Source: Thermoplasmata archaeon (GTDB taxonomy: Archaea > Thermoplasmatota > Thermoplasmata > RBG-16-68-12 > JAGMCJ01). Taken from it: 64,000 nt of DNA. The stretch is from positions 4,835-68,834 of the forward strand of contig JBHIFJ010000003.1 of NCBI GenBank assembly GCA_046761045.1, in the 5' to 3' direction. Shown piece after piece: positions 16,478 to 24,793 of the stretch. Every line of letters starts with the position of its first letter. The stretch's first letter is position 1. The notes below the pieces were generated by a model. That model did not search any database. It saw only the letters and a program-made list of their open reading frames with translations, and was not told the DNA's origin. The translations under genes and the position numbers were made by a program.

Positions 16478-17743
16478 ATGCTAGAAGTGAACAATCTCAA
16501 AACCTACTTCAGAATATTGAAGGGGACCGTGTACGCTGTTGACGGTGTCACGTTCCATCTCGATCGCGGTGAAACCATGGGCCTCGTGGGAGAATCTGGA
16601 TGCGGGAAGACAACGACCGCGTTTGCCATCACGAGGCTCCTTCCGTCCAACGGTAGAATCGTTGGAGGCGAGATCATCTTCGATGGCACTCTCATTGGTC
16701 GGGCCGACTTCCCCACCGAGCTCGCGGAGGTCCTGAAGGAACCACTGTGGCTCGAGGAGACCAAGGCACTCGTTGAAAGAAAGATGAACAGGCTCGCCAT
16801 CTCAGAGGGGGATCCCTCAACTGTGATGGAGTCAAGGATGCTGCTGGAGCAGGAGAGGGCATGTGTCGAGGAGGTCAATGCCATCCTCAACGATGCCAGC
16901 CTCTCAAAGGAGGAAATGAAGGGAGAGCTCGAGGACCTCGTTGATGGAGAACTCAATAGCTTCCTGGCAAGGCGGCGGAGGAGGCGAATCGAGCGGGAAA
17001 TCGAGGAGAAGATGATGGATATCAGGTGGAGCAAGATATCGATGATCTTCCAGGGAGCCATGAACGCCTTCAATCCGGTCTACAAGGTCGGTGATCAGAT
17101 CGTGGAGGCCCTGCTACGCCACGAGGACATGACGAAGGATGAGGCAAAGGAGAGGGTCCTTGAGCTGTTCGACCTCGTGGGTCTCGACCGCTCGCGAGTC
17201 ACAGGCTATCCGCACGAGTTCAGCGGCGGCATGAGGCAGAGGGCTATCATTGCCATGTCGCTTGCCTGCAACCCGCAGCTCATAATAGCCGACGAGCCAA
17301 CGACCGCGCTCGACGTCATCATGCAGGACAGAATACTCGGGGAGATCAGAGACCTTCAGAAAGAGTTCCACATTGCTATGATGATAATCACACACGACAT
17401 CTCGGTCGTCGCAGAGGTTTCTGAGACGATAGGAATCATGTATGCGGGGAAGCTCTTCGAGTTCGGCGACATAGTCTCCATCTTCGAGAGGTCTGCGAAC
17501 CCCTATACCATCGGGCTGACGGGGGCCTTCCCCAGCATCAAGGGCGAGCGAAAGAGGCTGATATCCATCCCCGGCTCCCCGCCGGACCTCTCAGCGCCAC
17601 CGCACGGATGCAGATTCCATCCCAGATGCAAATTCGCACAGGACATATGCAGGAAGGAGGAACCCAAGAGCGTCGAAGTGGCTAAGAACCACTGGTCCAT
17701 GTGCCATTTCGCCAGGGAGATATATTCGGGCCAACTCGCCTGA
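16478..17743 (+). CDS. ABC ATPase, OppD type, with a helical insertion of about 95 aa
   Basis: The Walker A motif (GESGCGKT), signature (FSGGMRQR), Walker B (LIIADEPTTALD) and the oligopeptide C-terminal Cys/His motif (HGCRFHPRC..C) are all present. A charged insert lies between IIFDG and ISMIFQG. Confidence 0.85.
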   Translation: MLEVNNLKTYFRILKGTVYAVDGVTFHLDRGETMGLVGESGCGKTTTAFAITRLLPSNGRIVGGEIIFDGTLIGRADFPTELAEVLKEPLWLEETKALVERKMNRLAISEGDPSTVMESRMLLEQERACVEEVNAILNDASLSKEEMKGELEDLVDGELNSFLARRRRRRIEREIEEKMMDIRWSKISMIFQGAMNAFNPVYKVGDQIVEALLRHEDMTKDEAKERVLELFDLVGLDRSRVTGYPHEFSGGMRQRAIIAMSLACNPQLIIADEPTTALDVIMQDRILGEIRDLQKEFHIAMMIITHDISVVAEVSETIGIMYAGKLFEFGDIVSIFERSANPYTIGLTGAFPSIKGERKRLISIPGSPPDLSAPPHGCRFHPRCKFAQDICRKEEPKSVEVAKNHWSMCHFAREIYSGQLA

Positions 17744-17752
17744 GGTGATAAG

Positions 17753-18958
17753 TTGGAAGCGTCAGAGGAAGCAGTTGCCGCGGAAATGGATGAGGACGTT
17801 GTCTATAGGGTCACGAATCTCAAGAAGCACTTCCCGATAAAGTCGGGATTCCTTGCCTCACTCTTTGGAAGGGAGAAGGTCGTTCACGCTGTGAATGGAG
17901 TTGATTTCTCGATCGGTGAAGGCGAGATTCTAGGGATGGTTGGCGAGTCCGGTTGCGGCAAGACAACATGCGGACGTCTCCTCGTCAGACTCGAGACGCC
18001 CACAGAGGGCCACATGTACTTCACCGGCAAGGACATCGCCGCGCTCAAGGGAAGGGAGCTGAAGGTGTTTCGCAGGGATGTCCAGATGGTCTTCCAGGAC
18101 CCATACGAATCGCTGAATCCGAGATTGACAGTCTTCGCAACCGTTGCGGAGCCCCTGGTCGTTCATGGTGTGGGAGAGTCCTCGGATGAGAGGGTGGACA
18201 TGGTGGCAAAGGCGCTCCAGTATGCGGAGCTGAAACCGCCTGAGGAGTTCATGTACAGGTATCCTCACGAGTTGAGCGGGGGGCAGAGGCAGAGGGTCGC
18301 GATTGCAAGAACCCTCGTGCTCCGGCCGAAGTTCATTGTGGCGGATGAGCCCGTGAGCATGCTCGACGTTTCCATCCGGGCTGGAATAATGAATCTCATG
18401 CTGAGCCTGAGAGAGCAGTACAAGATCCCGTTCCTCTTCATATCCCACGATGTGTCCGTGACCAGATATATGAGCCATAGAATCGCTGTCATGTATCTCG
18501 GGTTCATAGTGGAGCTCGGCTCATCGGAGGATGTCATCAAGGACCCGATGCATCCGTATACGGAGGCTCTGCTGTCGGCGGTTCCCGTTCCGGATCCAAA
18601 GGCCAAGCACGGAAGGGTGAAGATTAGGGGGGATCTTCCCAGCCCCATAGACCTCCCGCCCGGGTGCGTGTTCCATCCCAGATGCCTGTACCGTAAGGAC
18701 ATATGCGACAAGGAGCTGCCGCAGTTCAAGGAGGTGAGGCCTGGTCACTTCGCCCTGTGCCATTTCGCTGGGGAGCTTCCGATTAAGAGGCCTGATGACG
18801 AGGAGGTATTCGAGGAAGGTGTCTGCGACCTCTGCAAGGCCACAATCAAGAAGGGAATGCCGTTCGCGCGTTGCGACTGCAACAAGCTGTACCACGAATC
18901 TTGCGCCGGACAGCTCGGCGAATGCCCCGTGTGCAAGAAGGGTCTCCAGGTGGAGTGA
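17753..18958 (+). CDS. ABC ATPase, OppF type, fused to a C-terminal C4HC3 zinc finger
   Basis: The Walker A motif (GESGCGKT), signature (LSGGQRQR), Walker B (FIVADEPVSMLD) and PGCVFHPRC..C are present. The tail is C-x2-C-x12-C-x-C-x4-H-x2-C-x6-C-x2-C. The start is uncertain (TTG 17753 or ATG 17786). Confidence 0.85.
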   Translation: MEASEEAVAAEMDEDVVYRVTNLKKHFPIKSGFLASLFGREKVVHAVNGVDFSIGEGEILGMVGESGCGKTTCGRLLVRLETPTEGHMYFTGKDIAALKGRELKVFRRDVQMVFQDPYESLNPRLTVFATVAEPLVVHGVGESSDERVDMVAKALQYAELKPPEEFMYRYPHELSGGQRQRVAIARTLVLRPKFIVADEPVSMLDVSIRAGIMNLMLSLREQYKIPFLFISHDVSVTRYMSHRIAVMYLGFIVELGSSEDVIKDPMHPYTEALLSAVPVPDPKAKHGRVKIRGDLPSPIDLPPGCVFHPRCLYRKDICDKELPQFKEVRPGHFALCHFAGELPIKRPDDEEVFEEGVCDLCKATIKKGMPFARCDCNKLYHESCAGQLGECPVCKKGLQVE

Positions 18959-19545
18959 TGAACAGGTATGCACTGGTTATCGGGGTAGCCTTCGTCTTGG
19001 TGACAGTCTTCTCGGCCACCACTCTTGCCTTGACCGTAGACACGTACCAGGCCTTCACAGACGCCCGCATCAAGCTCACTCCATCGGCGGGCAACATCTA
19101 CATCAAGGAGGTGCGAATCCCTCTGATAAACTCCCTGGACACGGATGTTCGCGTGACGATTCTCGTGGAGGTGAACAACCCTACGAGGCTGGACGTCTGG
19201 GTGTACAACATCGAGTTCCAGCTCTGGATGCTCAACGAGAGCACGATGGGCAACATTGGCAACCCTCAGGCGATGGAGCAATCGTACGTGTGGACGGGTG
19301 GCTTCTTCCGGTATGATGACCCTGACTACTTCGTTCCGTCGGGGGGGAACGCCACGCTCCTATCCTCGCTCACTGTGACATCCAGGCCAAAGCTCGAGGC
19401 TCTCAACAAGACAGACGCACAGGGGAGGTACTATCCTTTCATAAGGGCAGACATGAGATACAATGTCGTGGACCTGGACATTGCCGTTCCGGTCCATGGA
19501 ATTTACTTCTTCAGCACGACAGGGGTGGAGCCCTATGAGGGTTAG
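18958..19545 (+). CDS. N-terminally anchored beta-rich surface protein (LEA_2/NDR1-like fold is possible)
   Basis: The ATG overlaps the OppF stop codon (TGATG). The N-terminus MNRYALVIGVAFVLVTVFSATTLA is a signal-anchor, and the rest is beta-rich with N-x-S/T sequons. The track ORF starts earlier, at 18871. Confidence 0.55.
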   Translation: MNRYALVIGVAFVLVTVFSATTLALTVDTYQAFTDARIKLTPSAGNIYIKEVRIPLINSLDTDVRVTILVEVNNPTRLDVWVYNIEFQLWMLNESTMGNIGNPQAMEQSYVWTGGFFRYDDPDYFVPSGGNATLLSSLTVTSRPKLEALNKTDAQGRYYPFIRADMRYNVVDLDIAVPVHGIYFFSTTGVEPYEG

Positions 19546-20083
19546 CAGGAAGTCCGTCTACAGCGGGTTGCTCGCGGTTCTGTGGACCTTCTGCGGAGCG
19601 ATTACTATGGCGAGCTTCTTCTTCATCTCCTTCTTCCCCGAGTATTCGCCCTTTGCCGAGGGGGAGATCGGGTTCAGCGTTATCTTTGCACCGCTCGCGG
19701 TCAGCTTCATGGTGGGTCTCCTCGCCAACGAGCACAATGTGTCCGTGATGATTCTTCTTTCGATATCGATAGTCTTCATTGCAGCCGTCATTGCGTTCCT
19801 GGCGGTGTACGCCCCCATTCTGTCCGGAATCGTGAGCAATGCCACCTATTTGCCGTCGACTGACGAGCAGAGGATGAGCATGGTCTTCTCCACGCTGTTT
19901 ATCATTCCCCTGACGGTGATAGGCACGGTTCTCGGAAAGGCCGTCGGCGGAGTGGTTCTACCCTCCGAGGAGGAGCTGATCGAGAGGAAGCTCCTGATCG
20001 AGCGGACGAGGGAGTGGCACGAGCGGATGGCGAGAAGGGATCCGGAGTCGGAGAAGTCGGAATCCACCTCCCCAGAGGAATAG
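19535..20083 (+). CDS. Polytopic membrane protein with an acidic C-terminal tail (function unknown)
   Basis: ATG 19535 overlaps the end of the previous gene by 11 nt. About four hydrophobic helices are followed by a charged tail (EEELIERKLLIERTREWHERMARRDPESEKSES). Confidence 0.55.
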   Translation: MRVSRKSVYSGLLAVLWTFCGAITMASFFFISFFPEYSPFAEGEIGFSVIFAPLAVSFMVGLLANEHNVSVMILLSISIVFIAAVIAFLAVYAPILSGIVSNATYLPSTDEQRMSMVFSTLFIIPLTVIGTVLGKAVGGVVLPSEEELIERKLLIERTREWHERMARRDPESEKSESTSPEE

Positions 20084-20125
20084 CCCGGGAAAGGCTTATC
20101 TACCTTCGGAATATCCATTTACAGA

Positions 20126-20198
20126 GGGCCTGTGGTCTAGTGGTTATGACGTCACCCTTACAAGGTGGAGGTCGGCGGTTCAAATCCGCCCAGGCCCA
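20126..20198 (+). tRNA. tRNA-Val (anticodon UAC)
   Basis: The sequence GGGCCTG/CAGGCCC forms a 7-bp acceptor stem. The anticodon stem is TCACC/GGTGG with loop CTTACAA, the T-arm is GGCGG-TTCAAAT-CCGCC, and the discriminator is A. There is no encoded CCA. Confidence 0.9.
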
Positions 20199-20503
20199 TC
20201 GCCGACTGGCATCATTGTGCGCCGAGTCCTCATTTCGGGGAGAGACACGAGATTGCTTTCGGACAGGATTCTCTCGATATGCCTCAAACCTTGTCCAATC
20301 TGGCCGTTCACGGGGCTCTGTACGGATTTCACGCTGTGAAGCGGGGATGGTGAGTGTGTCTCAAATCCAGCCTGGCTGGTGAAAGTGTCCATCGATGAGT
20401 TTCCTTTGTCGAGCCGCGTTTTGAAGGAGGCGAAGGATCACCGCGCAAAATCGCGGCGAATGTGCGACCGAAGGCATATGAGTATCTGCGTGTGCAGCCT
20501 GCT

Positions 20504-21265
20504 TTATCTCGGCGATTCCCACGCCGAAGCGACCATGAGATCCTTCAGCTTCCCGAGGTCAACTCCATTAAGGAGATAGATCCTTGAGTTCTCGAGATCG
20601 ATCATGTCGGACTTCAGAAGAGGTCCCATCGGCTTTGATCTTGGATCGTTCACTGCGAACCCCCCGCAGAAGTCATTGAAGGTCGGTATCACGATAAGCT
20701 CATCGGGGCTCCTCTCATATCTCTCCCCGCCTCCCTTGAACCTTGCTCTCAGCCAGCAGCGCTTCGTCATCCTCAGCCCGAGCCTGTCCACGAAAAGAAC
20801 TGAAGGATGGATATGGCCCATGCACAGCACACTGCCTTCCATGGCCTCAGGGCTCGGCCAGCTGAATCCGTGGGAGAATCCCACATCATTCAGCCTGAAG
20901 CCCTTGGGATTGTGCGACACAACGCCTTCCGGGAGAAAGCCCAGGACATACGCATCGTGATTCCCCGGTACAAGATGCACCTCCGTGACGACTTCCAGGA
21001 GACCCTCAAAGAAGGACGGGATCTCCCTTCTCTCTTGAGGGCTGACCCCTTTTATCTTATGCTTCAGATCGCCCACGATGACGACCCTTTCGGCCTTGCA
21101 TCGATCGATTATTGCGACCAGTCTTTCGAGCATTCTCTCTGTCTGTTTCGGGATTACGAATCCAGATTCGAAGAAGTCCAGTTCTATGCCGATGTGGAGG
21201 TCGGCCAGAATCACGGTCTTGCCGAAGAGGAGCGCAGGCTCGTCTGCAATGGGCTGTATTTCCAA
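20504..21265 (-). CDS. Calcineurin-like metallophosphoesterase
   Basis: The DLHIG, GDLKH, GNHD and GHIHP motifs occur in the canonical order. Confidence 0.8.
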   Translation of the reverse strand: MEIQPIADEPALLFGKTVILADLHIGIELDFFESGFVIPKQTERMLERLVAIIDRCKAERVVIVGDLKHKIKGVSPQERREIPSFFEGLLEVVTEVHLVPGNHDAYVLGFLPEGVVSHNPKGFRLNDVGFSHGFSWPSPEAMEGSVLCMGHIHPSVLFVDRLGLRMTKRCWLRARFKGGGERYERSPDELIVIPTFNDFCGGFAVNDPRSKPMGPLLKSDMIDLENSRIYLLNGVDLGKLKDLMVASAWESPR

Positions 21266-21275
21266 GCAGAATCAC

Positions 21276-22715
21276 CTATCTCTTCAGGTGGGCGTTGAGG
21301 ACGTCGGGTATCTCTGAAATGATATCGGTCGGAAGGAGCCCGTAGCCCAGTTTCTCAAAGGCCAGGTCTCCAGCAGATCCGCTCACAAAGGCGCCAATCC
21401 TTGCGGTGTTGAACGGCCCCACACCCCTCGAAAGAAGGGAGCCGCAGATCCCTGAGAGGACATCCCCTGTCCCGCCAACCGTCATCGCCTCGTTCCCTGT
21501 ACTGTTGAGCTTCAATCTTCCCTCCCCAGCGATTACGTCCACCGGCCCCTTGAGAAGCACGACGATATCGTTCTCCTTGGAGAAGGAATCGATTACACCA
21601 ATCCTATCGTCCAGCTTCTTCGGAATCTCGATTCCACTAAGCCTCTTGAACTCTGCTGCATGTGGGGTCACTATGCACCTCTTTCCCCTGATGACGCTGA
21701 GATCCTCTGCCACGGCAGTGATTCCATCGGCATCCACCAGAAATGGAATCTCGAGTTCTGAGACGAGGTCTCTGACCGTTCTCAGTGTGTCCCCCTCCCG
21801 CCCCAGCCCAGGTCCTATGACGACGGCATCAACATCATCGACCATGCTGAGGAGGACCTGAAGATTTCCTGGGTTTAGGAATTCCCCCTCCAGAGGACGC
21901 ACTATCAGATCGGGCGAGAAGGAGGCGATGACCCTCCAAACGCTTTCGGGAGTCGCAATCCGAGCGAGATCGCAGCCCATGCGAAGTGCGGATAGTCCTG
22001 CCAGCGCGGGGGCACCAGTGAACGGCCCACCTCCGACAACAAGGAGCCTTCCGTTGTCGCCTTTGTGGGATTCCATGGCGGGAAGGGGATAGTACACGAG
22101 TTCCCCAGGTCCAGTGAACTTCTCTGCGTCCTCTGGAATGCCTATGTCTGCTGTTATGATTCTTCCCGAGTTCTTCTCATTCATGCCTATCTTGACATCA
22201 TGAAATGTGACGGTTACAGTGGGAATTATCGCGGTGTCTGAACCGAGACCGCTGGGCACATCTACAGAGAGAACGGGCTTTCCGGAATCATTGATGAGGT
22301 TGATAAGCGATCTGAGCGGTTCTCTGACTTCTCCCTTGACCCCGATGCCAAGGATGGCGTCTACGATGACATCGGATTTCTCTATCTCGGAGGCGGCGGA
22401 ATCAACTCCCACTTGGACATCTCCATCATATCTCTCCAGGTTCTTCCTGGATATCTCGCTTCCAATGCTCTCCTTGGGCTTGGCCAGAACGATGACGGTC
22501 TTGCAGGTGCCGTGAAGAATCCTTGCCGCAACGAACGCGTCCCCTCCGTTGTTGCCGGTTCCGCATATGAATACGACTCTTCTTCCCTGAATCCCGAATT
22601 CCTCCAAGAGAGTGTCAGCAATCCTCTTCCCCGCATTCTCCATGAGCTGAGATGTTGGTACCCCAAGATATTCTGCATTTTTGTCGAGAACTCGAACCTC
22701 CTCAAAAGGAATCAT
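21276..22715 (-). CDS. nnr: Bifunctional NAD(P)H-hydrate repair enzyme (YjeF_N epimerase plus ADP-dependent dehydratase)
   Basis: The 479-aa product has an N-terminal YjeF_N block (GTGNNGGDAFVAAR) and a C-terminal carbohydrate-kinase block (HKGDNGRLLVVGG...GTGDVLSG). Confidence 0.85.
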   Translation of the reverse strand: MIPFEEVRVLDKNAEYLGVPTSQLMENAGKRIADTLLEEFGIQGRRVVFICGTGNNGGDAFVAARILHGTCKTVIVLAKPKESIGSEISRKNLERYDGDVQVGVDSAASEIEKSDVIVDAILGIGVKGEVREPLRSLINLINDSGKPVLSVDVPSGLGSDTAIIPTVTVTFHDVKIGMNEKNSGRIITADIGIPEDAEKFTGPGELVYYPLPAMESHKGDNGRLLVVGGGPFTGAPALAGLSALRMGCDLARIATPESVWRVIASFSPDLIVRPLEGEFLNPGNLQVLLSMVDDVDAVVIGPGLGREGDTLRTVRDLVSELEIPFLVDADGITAVAEDLSVIRGKRCIVTPHAAEFKRLSGIEIPKKLDDRIGVIDSFSKENDIVVLLKGPVDVIAGEGRLKLNSTGNEAMTVGGTGDVLSGICGSLLSRGVGPFNTARIGAFVSGSAGDLAFEKLGYGLLPTDIISEIPDVLNAHLKR

Positions 22716-22787
22716 CCGTCCTAATACCGCATTGCCATTACAAATCTTTCGGGAGAACTTGCTTATACTAGACCCATATGTTTATCG

Positions 22788-23972
22788 GTGCCGCCAAAAA
22801 GGAAGATTCTCTCACGCATTACGGCCGGCCTCTCGATGAACATCATCATACTGGCCTTTGTCAGTTTCCTGACTGACACTAGCAGCGAGATGATGTTGCC
22901 CCTCTTCCCGATATTCGTCACGGCTGTTCTGCTCGGGAATCCTATGATATTTGGACTCATCGAGGGGATAGCGGAGAGCACCGCCTCGCTGTTGAAGGTC
23001 GCCTCTGGCTTCTGGTCCGACAGAGCGAGAAGGAGGAAGAATCTCGTCGCGACCGGATATGGAGTGTCCTCCTTTTCGAAGCTGCTCTTCTATTTCTCAG
23101 TTTCATGGATCGATTTCACGGTCTGGAGGTTCTTCGAAAGGGTAGGAAAGGGAATCAGAACCTCTCCCAGAGACGCAATAATATCCGAATCGACGAGCAA
23201 GGAGACCACCGGCAAGGCCTTCGGTCTCCATCGGGCGATGGATACTGCTGGCGCCATCCTGGGGCCCCTCCTTGTGATTGCCCTTCTTCCCATTCTGTCT
23301 GGGGAAATCGGTGAGAGCATAAGAACGATCTTCCTGATCGCAGCGATTCCCGCCATAATCGCGTTCTCTATAGTCTTTCTCATCCGGGAGAAACCAGTTG
23401 AGAGGGCCCCGCCCAGGTCGTTCAAGGTGACCACCTCCCTCATCCCAAGGAACCTCAAGCTCTTCATCTTCGCCGCTACAGCATTCGAAATCGGCAACTT
23501 CTCGGTTCTCTTCCTCGTCTACCGCGGAACGGAACTGATCGGCAGGACGGAGTCCGTCATCGCATTGTATCTCCTTTTCAACATCACGTACGCGATTCTT
23601 GCCTTCCCGGCTGGCGCCCTTTCCGACAAGGTGGGTAAAAAGCGGATGATTGCCTTTGGCTACGGCATTTTCATAGTGACTTTCGCGGGTTTCATCTTCG
23701 CCTCCGATATCACCCATTTGATGTTGCTTTTCGCGGTTTTCGGCCTCAGCATGGCCACGCTTGACGGGGTTCAGAGAGCCTACGTGGCAGACATGTCACC
23801 CAGCAGCCTGAAGGCGACAGCGCTCGGCACCTATCATGCGTTCACAGGCGTCGCCAAGTTCCCCGCCAGCCTCATAGCAGGATTCCTGTGGATGTTCAGC
23901 CCCGCCTATGCTTTCCTCTACGGCATCATCATGGCCCTTGCGGGCCTGGCACTTCTGTCGAGGGTGGAGTAG
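22788..23972 (+). CDS. MFS transporter
   Basis: The 394-aa product has about 12 hydrophobic segments and an MFS loop motif (GFWSDRARRRK). The GTG start lies 18-26 nt after the TATA-like CTTATACTA. Confidence 0.75.
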   Translation: MPPKRKILSRITAGLSMNIIILAFVSFLTDTSSEMMLPLFPIFVTAVLLGNPMIFGLIEGIAESTASLLKVASGFWSDRARRRKNLVATGYGVSSFSKLLFYFSVSWIDFTVWRFFERVGKGIRTSPRDAIISESTSKETTGKAFGLHRAMDTAGAILGPLLVIALLPILSGEIGESIRTIFLIAAIPAIIAFSIVFLIREKPVERAPPRSFKVTTSLIPRNLKLFIFAATAFEIGNFSVLFLVYRGTELIGRTESVIALYLLFNITYAILAFPAGALSDKVGKKRMIAFGYGIFIVTFAGFIFASDITHLMLLFAVFGLSMATLDGVQRAYVADMSPSSLKATALGTYHAFTGVAKFPASLIAGFLWMFSPAYAFLYGIIMALAGLALLSRVE

Positions 23973-23973
23973 C

Positions 23974-24288
23974 TCACTTCCTGAGGGCCTTTCCGACAGC
24001 CTCCTCGACGCTCTTGACCTTCTTCGAAATCGCATTCACAGTCCCTCTCCGATCGTCTATCTTGATGTATGTCGAGACCCGCTCGGTGTCCTCCAGAACG
24101 GCCATGTGACACCTTCGAATGACGTCCATGACCTCATCGTACTCCCCCTCAATCACTGTTCCCATAGGATTCATCTGATATTCCAGCCCGCTCTCATCTA
24201 TTATCCTCAGGCACCTGGCCACCCACTTGCTGAGACTCACTCCCTCTCCGATGGGAAATATACTCACTTCAGCTAACATCCTAATCAC
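23974..24288 (-). CDS. MTH1187/YkoF-like (DUF77) thiamine-binding family protein
   Basis: The 104-aa product matches the family pattern with AEVSIFPIGEGVSLSKWVA...ESGLEYQMNPMGTVIEGEYDEVM. Confidence 0.7.
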   Translation of the reverse strand: MIRMLAEVSIFPIGEGVSLSKWVARCLRIIDESGLEYQMNPMGTVIEGEYDEVMDVIRRCHMAVLEDTERVSTYIKIDDRRGTVNAISKKVKSVEEAVGKALRK

Positions 24289-24792
24289 CTAAGGCAGCAC
24301 TCCCGCCTTTCTGAGCCTCAGAGCGCAGAAGTAGCAATAATCCTTTTCCTTGTCGTCCGTGTCCGCTAGGCAATTCGAGAACGTCATCACGCAGCTCCTG
24401 TTCGGGCAATGCCCTAGACCAAAGGTGTGACCCAGTTCGTGAAGGGCCTCCTTCGCTGCACGGGACTTGAAGACCTCCATGTCGTTGTCCCTCAATCTTC
24501 GGATTGAAATGAGAGCCGACCTCCCTCTGATGTCAGCGAGGCCAAATACGAAGTTCAAAGTGTCCTCATAGATGTCTACGTCGGTCACCCCCAGGACCTT
24601 GTCATGCTGATACTTCCTCGTCAAGTCCTTCAGGTCGGAGGCGAGGTACTGCTCCCTGCGTGCTCTGAAGGCAGAGGGAGGGACCTCTACCTCTGGAAGG
24701 ACATCGACCTCACCGAAGACAGAAAGCTCTGAAGAGAGGTGATTGAGGATGGAGTCATCCACATTACCGATGGGAAGAAGAGCGATCCTCAA
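24289..24792 (-). CDS. amzA: Archaemetzincin
   Basis: The signature HELGHTFGLGHCPNRSCVM plus C-terminal CYFC is the archaemetzincin zinc-site pattern. Confidence 0.85.
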   Translation of the reverse strand: MRIALLPIGNVDDSILNHLSSELSVFGEVDVLPEVEVPPSAFRARREQYLASDLKDLTRKYQHDKVLGVTDVDIYEDTLNFVFGLADIRGRSALISIRRLRDNDMEVFKSRAAKEALHELGHTFGLGHCPNRSCVMTFSNCLADTDDKEKDYCYFCALRLRKAGVLP

Positions 24793-24793
24793 T

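Noticed and set aside
20361-20368. TCAAATCC downstream of tRNA-Val(UAC), matching its T-loop region. I considered it a possible att-site remnant.
   Set aside because: Only 8 nt match and the flanks diverge immediately. No integrase or other mobile genes are adjacent.
22737-22770. TTACAAAT upstream of the MFS transporter TATA box, considered as a fifth operator copy.
   Set aside because: The spacing to the TATA box is about 17 nt instead of 4, and the first half-site is absent. A 7-mer match is expected by chance.
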